Source: a virus
Taxonomy: Duplodnaviria; Caudoviricetes
IMG/VR virus record: IMGVR_UViG_3300037312_000330
Span: 1 to 64,000 of that record
Direction: 5' to 3' (one strand)
Length of the DNA: 64,000 nt
The notes under the pieces are model-generated. The model did not search any database, was not told the DNA's origin, and saw nothing but the letters and a program-made list of their open reading frames with translations. Position numbers and translations under genes: made by a program. Positions 55,905 to 64,000 of the stretch are shown here, piece by piece. Every line of letters begins with the position of its first letter. The stretch's first letter is position 1.

Positions 55905-56414
55905 TCAACCGTTGTCTTCGTCTACGAAGTCATAACTGAACGTGACGCTTGTGGTCACAACACCAGACGAGCTGGAGTCGATCGCACTGTCGTCCACTGT
56001 TTCAGGCCATGCACCAACGAGTTTGAGACTGGCGATCTCAGACGGAATGTCGTCGTAGAGGACCAGCTCAATGTCAGTGCTGTAGACGTTCTTGTACGTG
56101 CCACTGTTCTGCTGCCAGTCACGAGCCAGTTTCTGCCAACGACGCAGCATATTGCGAGTGCCCATGTCGCGGGTCTCGATCAGTGTCAGTTGGAAGCTAT
56201 GACTGTAGTTAGCACGACCAGCGTAGCGGACTTCAACGCCGTGCAACGCTACTGGAACCTGTTCCAGCATGAAGCCCGGGATGGAAGTGGATTGCGCTTT
56301 GTATGTGAACGTGCGACTGTCACCCGTACCCGGCATAGCCGAGATAATCACATCCCAGTTATATGTGGCCAAGGGGTCCACAAGAGAACGCACGTCTTGA
56401 AGGGAGGTACGCAT
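55905..56414 (-). CDS. major tail tube protein (gp19-like)
   Basis: DPLATYNWD...STSIPG...YAGR..Y...LTLIET...W...GAWP...VTFSYD. Confidence 0.85.
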   Translation of the reverse strand: MRTSLQDVRSLVDPLATYNWDVIISAMPGTGDSRTFTYKAQSTSIPGFMLEQVPVALHGVEVRYAGRANYSHSFQLTLIETRDMGTRNMLRRWQKLARDWQQNSGTYKNVYSTDIELVLYDDIPSEIASLKLVGAWPETVDDSAIDSSSSGVVTTSVTFSYDFVDEDNG

Positions 56415-56425
56415 GTTTCTAACTC

Positions 56426-57031
56426 CTAGTTAGTGTACTTCCGACGATTCACTCGTTCTGGAAGCATCTGAAGATTGCGACGATGCGCAGTTCTTTCAGG
56501 GGGCCACCCCTTGAGAAATGCTGCGTAGATACTTGTCCTATGATCCATGTGCCATTCCATCCCACGAAGCCTGAATGGATCTATCTCGTCTCTATGTTCA
56601 CGATAAATATCGTTTGAGAGACGACGTACCAACTTTGAATAGGCTTTCCATTCTTCTTCAGGGAAGTCTGCTTTGACATACTCTTCCCTTAGTTTCCCGC
56701 GAGTGTTGTAACGGATAGTCTTGCAACCAGCTTCTTTGACCCATTTGTATATCGTAGGCCAAGATGCAGTAACTCCGTATTCGTGCATCCGTTTTGGAAC
56801 AATGCCCTTCTCATAAAGTTCAATCGCACGTTGCTTCTCTGAGTCAGAGCGCCAGCTGAATTTCGGGACAAGTTCCTTCTGACCTAACGCTCTATTCAAA
56901 TAACCGCGACCGACACCTGTTGTCCTGCACGCCTCGGTTTTGGTTCTACCACTTGCAACCATTTCAACTGCTCTCTTTACTTGAGAAGTTGAAGGAGGTT
57001 CATATTGATTGTTACCGAGCTTTGTAGACAT
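56426..57031 (-). mobile_element. free-standing HTH-HTH-HNH homing endonuclease
   Basis: Two HTH-like segments and C-terminal WHMDH...HRRNLQML...VNRRK. Flanked by duplicated 5' ends of the tube gene. Confidence 0.8.
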
Positions 57032-57090
57032 CAGTTGTAGGTCTGAAGTGGGTCAACGAGAGAGCGGACGTCTTGGAGAGATGTACGCAT
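57031..57090 (-). pseudogene. orphan 19-codon copy of the tail-tube N-terminus (leader mini-ORF)
   Basis: MRTSLQDVRSLVDPLQTYN* with its own CAGGAG RBS. 18/19 aa identical to the tube start. Its TGA overlaps the HNH ATG. Confidence 0.85.
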
Positions 57091-57137
57091 GAATTACTCC
57101 TGTGTTCTGTCAGGTGATGAGGCCGAAGCCTCATCTA

Positions 57138-59063
57138 TTAACCCAGAGCAGAGATGTTGATTTCCTTGAAGGAAACACCCGCCTTTGTGATGACGATGTC
57201 AACTCCGATCTCGTGTACAGCAATCACCGGAGTGATGAATATCGTAACAGTCAGGATACCAAGATTGTACTTAGAGTCCGGGTTGTTCGTGCTGTCACAC
57301 ACCACCTGGAAGTCCAGCAGACCACGGGCATCCTTCCAGTATTGCAGATAGGATGTGAGGCTCGTCACGATCTGACGACGAAGGAAATCGTCGTTAGGTT
57401 CGTGAATGCTGTACATCAGGTAGTTCTTGACGCCAGTCTTGATGACGTTAATCATCCGACGGACGTTGACCCACGACAGAGCTGACTGCTTGGATTGCAG
57501 CGTCACCTGTTCGAAGACCGCAGTACCTGCACCCACGAATGTGCGCAGATAGTTGACCTGTGCTTGGAACAGTTGCGTGCGTTGCGAATCGTTGTAGTTC
57601 TGGCGGAGTGACAGAACATCAACCTGACCACGATTCAGACCAGCCGGAGCATATTGAGGACCACCCACACGATCGGTGCGCGCATACACAGCCGCTACCT
57701 TGCCTGACGGCGGAATGTAGATCTGTTTGTTGTTATACGTGTCCAGAACGAAAACGTCAGAGCTGTAGATCGCAGCGTAGCTAGTGTTCGCATTGAGCAC
57801 CAACTGACGATACGTGATCGCATCCTGTGTCAACTGCATCGTGGACGGCATGTCCAGAATTGCAATCGCGTCGCCACGCGACTGTGCAACCGTGTACATC
57901 GTCTGCTGCACAGTTACGTTAGTGTAACCAGCATTGATGAAGATGTTAGCACCGACTGTCTGCGGATCCGAGAAGTAGTTCGTCCACGCGTTGGCAATCT
58001 GACTGTTTGTCGGTGTAGTGCCCGAAGTGCCGCCTGCCATCGACGTGATTCCCACTGCCTTGACAACCGGAACAGAACCCAGATTCGGCACGTAGGTTGC
58101 ACAACCGATGTAGGACGAGAACGCGTTCAACTGTTGGTGAGCTTCCAACTGACGACCGCTCGTATCGGTATAGTCAGTAAGCGTCAGTGTCCAGGTTTCC
58201 TGTGGAGTTCCGGTACTCAGGTTGTAGTCATAGACTTCCAGCGTGAATGTCGGATCGGGTGCCGGCAGATTACCTGCGTTCGTGATTGGGAGCTGTGTGC
58301 TGTCTGGAGTAAGAGCTCCAGTGTCGATGAACGATGTGGTTCCAGCACCAACCGTTGTGATCAGAGCTTCGGATCCAGACGTGCGACCAAACACTTTGTA
58401 GCCACGAGCATCCGCAACAGCAGACCAAGTGACCGTCACTTGGTTTGTCGATCCACTAGCGATCGTGACCGTAGCTGCTGTAGAAGCCAGAGTGTCACCA
58501 ATAGCAGACACGGCAGCTATCTTGTAGCTAAAGGTCGCAGCCGCCAATGTACCGCCGGTGTTCTGGCTGGTGGCAGTCGGAGCAGCCGGTTGCGAGAAGT
58601 TCTGGCTGCGCACCTTCAGTGCAATCTGGTTGGCCCAAGAACCAGGACCAGACTTCGGGTAGAACATCAACATCGGACTGGCACCCGTAGTGTACGTAGT
58701 CCAATTGATGTTTGTAGGATCCGCGATACCACCAGAAATGGCTTGGAATGTTGTCACTCCAGCCACGTCCTTCAAGAGGATCGCACTGTAGGCTGCATCG
58801 GTGTTCAGTGCACGGAGACACCACAGCGAATTGCCTTCATCGAAGAAGTCCTTGGCACAATAATGGCCGAAGGAAACCTGAGCGTTGCGTTCACCGTATT
58901 CGGCAACGAAGTCGCCCCAAGTAGTCACGTTGAAAAGGCCGGGACGTCCTTTAGACGACACGAAGACCATCGCGCCCACCGCCGTACTTGCGCTGACGAG
59001 AGACTGACTGAGGTCAATCTCGCGAAAGCGAACTCCGGCGCTTTGTTGCGTGAGAGCTGGCAT
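57138..59063 (-). CDS. contractile tail sheath protein with FN3-like insertion
   Basis: GVRFREIDLS, KGRP, IYIPPSG..AAVYARTD...YAPAG.NRG, and WVNVRRM. Confidence 0.95.
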   Translation of the reverse strand: MPALTQQSAGVRFREIDLSQSLVSASTAVGAMVFVSSKGRPGLFNVTTWGDFVAEYGERNAQVSFGHYCAKDFFDEGNSLWCLRALNTDAAYSAILLKDVAGVTTFQAISGGIADPTNINWTTYTTGASPMLMFYPKSGPGSWANQIALKVRSQNFSQPAAPTATSQNTGGTLAAATFSYKIAAVSAIGDTLASTAATVTIASGSTNQVTVTWSAVADARGYKVFGRTSGSEALITTVGAGTTSFIDTGALTPDSTQLPITNAGNLPAPDPTFTLEVYDYNLSTGTPQETWTLTLTDYTDTSGRQLEAHQQLNAFSSYIGCATYVPNLGSVPVVKAVGITSMAGGTSGTTPTNSQIANAWTNYFSDPQTVGANIFINAGYTNVTVQQTMYTVAQSRGDAIAILDMPSTMQLTQDAITYRQLVLNANTSYAAIYSSDVFVLDTYNNKQIYIPPSGKVAAVYARTDRVGGPQYAPAGLNRGQVDVLSLRQNYNDSQRTQLFQAQVNYLRTFVGAGTAVFEQVTLQSKQSALSWVNVRRMINVIKTGVKNYLMYSIHEPNDDFLRRQIVTSLTSYLQYWKDARGLLDFQVVCDSTNNPDSKYNLGILTVTIFITPVIAVHEIGVDIVITKAGVSFKEINISALG

Positions 59064-59089
59064 TAGATTCTCCTGTGAGAGGGATTCAC

Positions 59090-59098
59090 ATCAAATTA
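59090..59098 (-). promoter_or_regulatory. candidate late-promoter motif (CGC)TAATTTGAT
   Basis: Intergenic, 26 nt upstream of the sheath ATG, followed by a CAGGAG RBS. Confidence 0.5.
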
Positions 59099-59117
59099 GC
59101 GTGTGATCTTCGCTGTA

Positions 59118-59363
59118 TTAGGTAGTAGTCTCACCGGAAACTTCAGGTCCAGTGTCTTCTGTCTTGCCGTCAGGCAGAACCAACACTGTCAGAAAGCTAC
59201 TGAGGTAGGACTTTTCCTTATCTGGATTAATCATCGATCCAGCAGGCGGAGTTACGCGAGCGCCCGGTTGAATGTTGATAGAGTCACGCGTGCCATTGGC
59301 CAGGATCATCTCGACCTCGCGCATGTGACCGGAGTTGTTGACAAACTTGGTGGTAGTACCCAT
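59118..59363 (-). CDS. small virion/hypothetical protein
   Basis: 81-aa ORF with a CAGGAG RBS in the neck-tail region. Confidence 0.7.
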   Translation of the reverse strand: MGTTTKFVNNSGHMREVEMILANGTRDSINIQPGARVTPPAGSMINPDKEKSYLSSFLTVLVLPDGKTEDTGPEVSGETTT

Positions 59364-59378
59364 TTGGTTCTCCTGCGA

Positions 59379-59756
59379 TTAGACCTGAATGACACGAACC
59401 TGAACACTGGATGTGTTATTGTTCGCGATGGTCAAGGCAGCAATCTGTGTGCTGAGCATAAACACATTGCTGATGTCAAACGACACGGCGGTCAAGTTGG
59501 CAGCGTTAGCCGGATCTCCAAACTTGATTGTGACGTTAACTGGACCTCCCGTGGCACGCAGAATAGTCATGCTGTTTTCTGCCAATGGTGAGAGGGATAT
59601 GCTGCTTGTTGGTTGAATCGTGGTGCTTACGTCAGAGATGGCGTTGTTGGGGCTCTGGTTATTGGTTGTTGTTAGGAGTATCCCGCGCCGAATCGCATTG
59701 TCTGCAGCAAAGACTTCCAACTGACACAGCAATGCTCGGTTCGAAAGACTTGGCAT
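59379..59756 (-). CDS. hypothetical virion protein (beta-rich)
   Basis: 125-aa ORF with a GAGGA RBS. Confidence 0.7.
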   Translation of the reverse strand: MPSLSNRALLCQLEVFAADNAIRRGILLTTTNNQSPNNAISDVSTTIQPTSSISLSPLAENSMTILRATGGPVNVTIKFGDPANAANLTAVSFDISNVFMLSTQIAALTIANNNTSSVQVRVIQV

Positions 59757-59771
59757 CTGTGGTCCTCTGTG

Positions 59772-60482
59772 TTAGGGCTTGGTGACGATATCGTCAGCAG
59801 AAGCCGCAATACCTTCAACATCAGGCCATTTGTTTTCGAAGACGAACACTTGGACAGCTTCATCATTGTCTTGATTCAGAGCCTTGATTGCGCCTTCCAC
59901 ATCCAACTCTGTGACCGCTTGCGAAGTACTGAGATCATCGCTCATATACCCGTTCACAGTCATGTTGGCAGTCATCATGTATTCTTTGACCTCGGTCAGA
60001 CCACCTTCCCGTGGTGGCACCGACAACTGCTTGTCCAGCTTCACGTCAATGTCGATAGGACCCACTCCGTAGTTGACCGTGAACTTCATTCCACTAGCTG
60101 TAGCAGAAGTGATAAGCCATTTCTTGGACAAGAGCCGCAAGGTTCGCATGTCCTGTACGTATATCTCTACCTCGAATGTGGTAGTGACTGGGATCAAGCT
60201 CAACTTGTAGGTCAGCGTGTTATCATGACTGGCCTGTCCATGCAGACCACGACGCGCTAGCGTGTTTGGCTTGTAGGACGTTTCATTGAGCGCGAATCCT
60301 GAGGTTCTTGCCCGAGCGAATGGATACATGTCTTTCGTATCCGTTCTCTTAAGCCTATTCGCCACGACCGCCTTGACGTCCGGACCGTTGTAAAAGAGCA
60401 GTGGCACTCCGAAGACTTTGTAGAAGCGCTTCGAAAGTCCTGTGTTGATGTAGTCCTCAATCGGACTTAGGCTGTTATCCAC
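59772..60482 (-). CDS. neck / tail terminator-completion protein (gp15-like)
   Basis: Located between the head and sheath genes. Contains ..PVTTTFEVEIY...YMMTANMTVNGY. GTG start with a GGAG RBS. Confidence 0.55.
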   Translation of the reverse strand: MDNSLSPIEDYINTGLSKRFYKVFGVPLLFYNGPDVKAVVANRLKRTDTKDMYPFARARTSGFALNETSYKPNTLARRGLHGQASHDNTLTYKLSLIPVTTTFEVEIYVQDMRTLRLLSKKWLITSATASGMKFTVNYGVGPIDIDVKLDKQLSVPPREGGLTEVKEYMMTANMTVNGYMSDDLSTSQAVTELDVEGAIKALNQDNDEAVQVFVFENKWPDVEGIAASADDIVTKP

Positions 60483-60593
60483 TTAGTCTCCTTTGGAGGG
60501 CCGAAACAACGACGGGACTCCAACCGCCTCCGAAAAGGCGTTTGCGAGTCCCGTGTTGATGAAGTCCTCGATAGGATTCAGCGAATTGTCCAT
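60483..60593 (-). pseudogene. orphan degenerate copy of the N-terminus of the 59772-60482 gene (36 codons)
   Basis: MDNSLNPIEDFINTGLANAFSEAVGVPSLFRPSKGD*, 20/30 identical to the downstream gene start. In frame, with TAA directly before the GTG. Confidence 0.75.
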
Positions 60594-60670
60594 CTTGGTG
60601 TAGCCCTGTGCACAATCGCCCCCACGATCCGGACGTTGACACCCGGTGTGCATGGAGGCGTTTGCAGGTC

Positions 60671-61804
60671 TTACTTCTTCGACGCGGTCTTCGCGGACTG
60701 AGTCCGTGTCGTTGCAGTCTTTGTCGCTCCAGCCTTCACAGGCTTCTTGGCGGTGCCCGCAACGAGGGCGGAAGTCGTAGCAGTCAGACGATCGAGAGCA
60801 GCCAAGTTGGTGACTGTACGCTTGAAAGAAGCTTTGGCTGGAGAGACCTTTGCCTTAGCTTGCGCCTTGGTCTTGCTCTCTTCCTTGTCGTCTTTCTTGG
60901 CGAAAGGATTATCGCTATCGTCACCATCTTCGTCGGCTTCGGGCTCGTCGTCACCTTCCTCGTCGCTCGAGGCGGTTTCGTCGTCAGCTTCGTCGCCACC
61001 ATCAAAGGTGTCAGCGTCATCGTCGTCACCGTCGCTGTCTTCGTCAGAAGCAGCAGTAGTGAAGTCACCATCGGACAGATCTTCGAGATCGGAGAAATCG
61101 TCCTCGTCGAGATCCATCAGATCGTCTTGGTCGGTGTCCAGATCAGATTCGCCATCGCCTGGAGACGGGTCACCGTCAATAGCGTCAGCAGTTTCCGAGG
61201 GGCCAGACACGTCCGGACCCGAACGATCGATGTGTTCGGTTTCCGGAGCTTCAGAATCGTCCTTCTGGGTATTGATGTCCAGAGCTGGATCCAGAATACT
61301 GTCGACAGTGGACGCTTCGGTCATCTCATTCAGAGTGTCCATAAAAGCGTCGGTGTCGGGGTTGGCTTTAACCTTCTTCTTGGCCGTTGTCTTGGTTTTG
61401 GAGGCCTTCACAGGCTTTCCGTTGCCCTTGGCTGCAAGTGCAGCCTTGCGCTTCGCATGTATGTCCTGCAGGAACGTTGCCATGCGTTGACCGGCGGTTT
61501 CAGGTTTCTTCACCTTGGTAGCGGTGTTCGCTACCGCAGCCTTCTTGGTTCCTGCTTTCGCAGCAGTCTTCTTGGTTGGCTTGGCAGCCGCAGCAGCAGC
61601 CGCTTCCTTGCGTGCCTTGACTTCAGCCTTGAGGGCAGTCAGTGCATTAGCTTGGAGCTTGTCCAGAGAAGCTACTGTGCGAGCAAAATCCTTCGACTTC
61701 ATCGCCGCGTCGTACATGCGAGCAGCAGTCTTGAATTTGCCCTTTGAAGAAGCTTGAACGGAGGCCAGCAGGAGGTCGAGAGCGATGGAATATTTCATGG
61801 TCAT
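60671..61804 (-). CDS. charge-segregated low-complexity head-associated protein
   Basis: Ala/Lys-rich basic region, long Asp/Glu tract and a basic tail. Follows the major capsid gene and has an AAGGAG RBS. Confidence 0.75.
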   Translation of the reverse strand: MTMKYSIALDLLLASVQASSKGKFKTAARMYDAAMKSKDFARTVASLDKLQANALTALKAEVKARKEAAAAAAAKPTKKTAAKAGTKKAAVANTATKVKKPETAGQRMATFLQDIHAKRKAALAAKGNGKPVKASKTKTTAKKKVKANPDTDAFMDTLNEMTEASTVDSILDPALDINTQKDDSEAPETEHIDRSGPDVSGPSETADAIDGDPSPGDGESDLDTDQDDLMDLDEDDFSDLEDLSDGDFTTAASDEDSDGDDDDADTFDGGDEADDETASSDEEGDDEPEADEDGDDSDNPFAKKDDKEESKTKAQAKAKVSPAKASFKRTVTNLAALDRLTATTSALVAGTAKKPVKAGATKTATTRTQSAKTASKK

Positions 61805-61835
61805 GGGAGCACTCCTTAGGGTTCCGTGTTGAACG

Positions 61836-61864
61836 AAAAAGTGGGTGACTACGTGTCACCCACT
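61836..61864 (-). terminator. intrinsic terminator after the major capsid gene
   Basis: AGTGGGTGAC-ACGTA-GTCACCCACT followed by TTTT on the minus strand. Confidence 0.85.
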
Positions 61865-61874
61865 AGACCGATCA

Positions 61875-62930
61875 TTACGAACGGATGCCCTTGGCGATCG
61901 AACGGCTGTTCGCGATCACCAGCGAGTACGATTCCCACATCCACCAGCCCTTACCAGCAATCTTCTCGGTAGCTCCGGTCAGGACTTCGGTCTCGATGCC
62001 ACCACGGTCGGTGTATTGACCATGTGTAACCGGATCAGAGATCGCGTAGAACTCGCCTTGGTTCATCACGCGGTGTTCCGGGTGACGATAGGCATCGCTG
62101 GTGATGGACATACCGTACAGGACAGCCAGTTCACCAGTCATGATCAGCTCGTGGCGAGCCACGGGTTCGATCGCTTGGATGAACGTGGAATCACCCACGA
62201 TGTCGATGTACATGTCGCTGGCCATCAGCAGTTGCGGAACCGGCAGGTCCCAACGGCCGACGTTGTTGCGAACTTCCATCAGGGTCAGCGGAGTCAGAGT
62301 ACCGCTGATTACGGTCAGGTCGTTGTCGACGCCAACCAGCGAATCAGCAGCCTTCTTCCACAGGCGGTCTTCCGCCACCATGATGGCTTCCAGCGCTTCC
62401 GCGTACTTCTCGTCGAGCACGTCCGACACAGAAGTGTTGATTTCACGCTGTTCCACGAATGGCTTCGCGTCGATGATCACTTCCGGGGGCATGAACAGCT
62501 TGTCGCGGATGATCTGGTGCTGCGTCAGAGTTGGCGACGTAGCGTATGTAGCCACGACGTCCTTCAGACGCATTTTCACCGTCGGGAATTGACCCGGAAC
62601 CAGATCTTGGCGAGCAAGATACTTACGGCTGAAGCCACGGCGGTTGGCGGTCTGATAAAGATCCTTCGCCATCACTTCGCCGAGTTCCTGGTGCACTTGC
62701 TTGCTATTAAACATAGCACGCACCAGCTCACGGTTACGCTGAGCACGCTCCATGCGAGCGGCAGTCGTCACTTCTCCATTGGCGGTAGCTGCCAGGAGCT
62801 TAAGCTGCTGCTGGAATGCATCGCGTTTGGAACTGGCGTTGATTTCACCGTTGCTGCCGACGAGGCGCTCGGACGAACCGGGAGCCTTGTAGTCAGAAGC
62901 AAGAACGGGGGTCTTGGCCTTGGTCGTCAT
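61875..62930 (-). CDS. major capsid protein (HK97 fold)
   Basis: 351 aa with a CAGGAG RBS and a following terminator. Contains EALEAIMVAEDRLW and GELAVLYGMSITSDAYR, and resembles RSL1/Y3-type capsid proteins (from recall). Confidence 0.85.
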   Translation of the reverse strand: MTTKAKTPVLASDYKAPGSSERLVGSNGEINASSKRDAFQQQLKLLAATANGEVTTAARMERAQRNRELVRAMFNSKQVHQELGEVMAKDLYQTANRRGFSRKYLARQDLVPGQFPTVKMRLKDVVATYATSPTLTQHQIIRDKLFMPPEVIIDAKPFVEQREINTSVSDVLDEKYAEALEAIMVAEDRLWKKAADSLVGVDNDLTVISGTLTPLTLMEVRNNVGRWDLPVPQLLMASDMYIDIVGDSTFIQAIEPVARHELIMTGELAVLYGMSITSDAYRHPEHRVMNQGEFYAISDPVTHGQYTDRGGIETEVLTGATEKIAGKGWWMWESYSLVIANSRSIAKGIRS

Positions 62931-62967
62931 TGATTACTCCTGTGAGATGTTATGGGCTAGCTTCTGA

Positions 62968-63636
62968 TTACAGGAGCAGGAGGCCCAGATAGGGATTGGT
63001 GGTATTCGGCGCGCTCACAATCGTGCAAGCGACGGTGGCACCGGAACCGCCTTGGGTCAGTTGACCGTTGGCGCCGGTTTTCACCGCGTTGGCCGATGTC
63101 GTCCAATCCTTGGTCGAATCGTATTCCGTGGTGTACACGACACCCTTCTGGAACACGCCGACTTGACCGATGGAAGTACCAGCAGCACCACCTGGATACA
63201 CGTCGCCCATAATGGCGCGAGCTTCAACAGCAGTCGGGTTGTACTTGTAGATGAAGCGGATCGTGTTGCCTTGATAGGCAGCGTTCATCGTCACGGTAGA
63301 ACCGGAGATGGTGTAATCCGTGGTCACCACCAGAACAGCGCTCGTGGTCACGTTGTAGACCAGAAGAGTGCTAGCGTTGGGAGTACGCGACAGGCTGATT
63401 ACGTTGCTCGAAGGTTGCACGAATTCTTGCACCTTCGGGAAGCTGGACAGCGCGATTTGCTGGCTGACAGCGAGACCCAGGAAATTCTCGCCAGACGAGC
63501 CGGCGGACGGGCCAACACCGAAGACACCACCAGAGGTGGAACCAACGAGAGCTTGACCTTCAGCCGCGATCGTAGCGCTCGCCAGGATCGGCAGCTCGGT
63601 AGAGAGGGCTGGACGGCCGTTGGGGAAGTAAAGCAT
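62968..63636 (-). CDS. head decoration / minor capsid protein
   Basis: Directly upstream of the capsid gene. Beta-rich, with AEGQALV...FLGLA and a C-terminal P...NPYLGL. Confidence 0.65.
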   Translation of the reverse strand: MLYFPNGRPALSTELPILASATIAAEGQALVGSTSGGVFGVGPSAGSSGENFLGLAVSQQIALSSFPKVQEFVQPSSNVISLSRTPNASTLLVYNVTTSAVLVVTTDYTISGSTVTMNAAYQGNTIRFIYKYNPTAVEARAIMGDVYPGGAAGTSIGQVGVFQKGVVYTTEYDSTKDWTTSANAVKTGANGQLTQGGSGATVACTIVSAPNTTNPYLGLLLL

Positions 63637-63648
63637 GAATGCTCCTTA

Positions 63649-64000
63649 TTACGAAGAGAAGGTTTTGTCACCCAGCAGACGAGCCAGTTCCGGTGTCTTA
63701 TAGTGGGTGGCGGTCACTTGGTTATCATCAGACTGGACGTGCTGAACGGCGGTAGCGACAGTCGCCACTACTTCGTTGTCATCATCTTCGTCATCTTCAC
63801 CCGCGTCGTCCATGTCTTCTGTCGCTGCTTCTGCCTTCTTGAAAGGCAGATACTTCGTCAGATTCACGGCCTCGGCGAGACCATTGCGCGCCTCAACGGG
63901 CTTCGCAGCCAGCTCACGTGCGATGGTAAGCACCTCACGCGCGTCGGCGACTCCATGTGCGGCAAACACACGGTCAACGAGCTTTTCGGCGCTACCGGAC
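63649..64000 (-). CDS. 3' part of a putative scaffold/prohead core protein (continues past the window end)
   Basis: The frame stays open from 63969 to the window edge (SGSAEKLVDRVFAAHG...). Helical with an acidic linker, and upstream of the decoration and capsid genes. Confidence 0.55.
   Translation of the reverse strand, partial: SGSAEKLVDRVFAAHGVADAREVLTIARELAAKPVEARNGLAEAVNLTKYLPFKKAEAATEDMDDAGEDDEDDDNEVVATVATAVQHVQSDDNQVTATHYKTPELARLLGDKTFSS

Noticed and set aside
56415-57090. Group I intron or intein in the tail-tube gene
   Set aside because: The downstream tube gene has its own RBS, ATG and complete N-terminus, so splicing is not needed. No intron core or intein motifs were seen, and almost no non-coding sequence flanks the HNH.
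60608-61747. Long plus-strand ORFs (379 aa and 247 aa) antisense to the 377-aa gene
   Set aside because: They are shadow frames of a low-complexity, codon-biased minus-strand gene, with no RBS and no motif.
1-64000. Alternative genetic code (stop-codon reassignment), CRISPR arrays, tRNAs, rRNA
   Set aside because: Genes are full-length and tightly packed under code 11, with TAA, TAG and TGA all used as stops. No repeat-spacer array or cloverleaf was seen in the few short intergenic gaps (by-eye scan only).

Overview
This 64-kb window comes from a large lytic myovirus (jumbo-phage type). The capsid, sheath, tube and baseplate proteins and their order recall the RSL1/PaBG/Lu11/Y3-like group; that placement is from recall, not from a search. 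Bases 1-1322 hold small plus-strand genes ending at a bidirectional terminator. Everything from 1352 to 64000 is on the minus strand. In transcription order: head genes (partial scaffold-like gene, decoration protein, major capsid protein); neck, sheath and tube genes; a tail assembly chaperone, a tape-measure-like protein with an M15 peptidase, a lytic transglycosylase and the baseplate; two baseplate fibres; a TIM-barrel virion protein; three tandem paralogous ~1600-aa fibre/adhesin genes; a lysis cassette (GH19 endolysin and holin-like genes); a glycosylation module (two GT-A transferases and an NDP-sugar epimerase); and a displaced prohead-protease-like gene. The standout is a tightly coupled 15-gene, 9.6-kb 'biosynthetic-like' operon at 1969-11600. 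It encodes three membrane desaturases, four 2OG/Fe(II)-type dioxygenases, a radical SAM enzyme, a PLP enzyme, three GNAT-like proteins and a PP-loop ATPase. A fifth dioxygenase and a fourth GNAT sit at 13.4-14.5 kb. Sequence-level signals the ORF track misses: (1) an HNH endonuclease cassette that split the tail-tube gene and carries a synonymously recoded copy of its first 19 codons; (2) a second orphan N-terminal duplicate in front of the neck/terminator gene; (3) a CCC-TAA +1 frameshift candidate with an upstream hairpin in the tail chaperone, whose shifted frame exactly fills the gap before the tape-measure gene; (4) a potentially bistable 59-nt RNA hairpin upstream of the lysis cassette; (5) recurring candidate promoter motifs. 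All functional calls come from reading motifs by eye.
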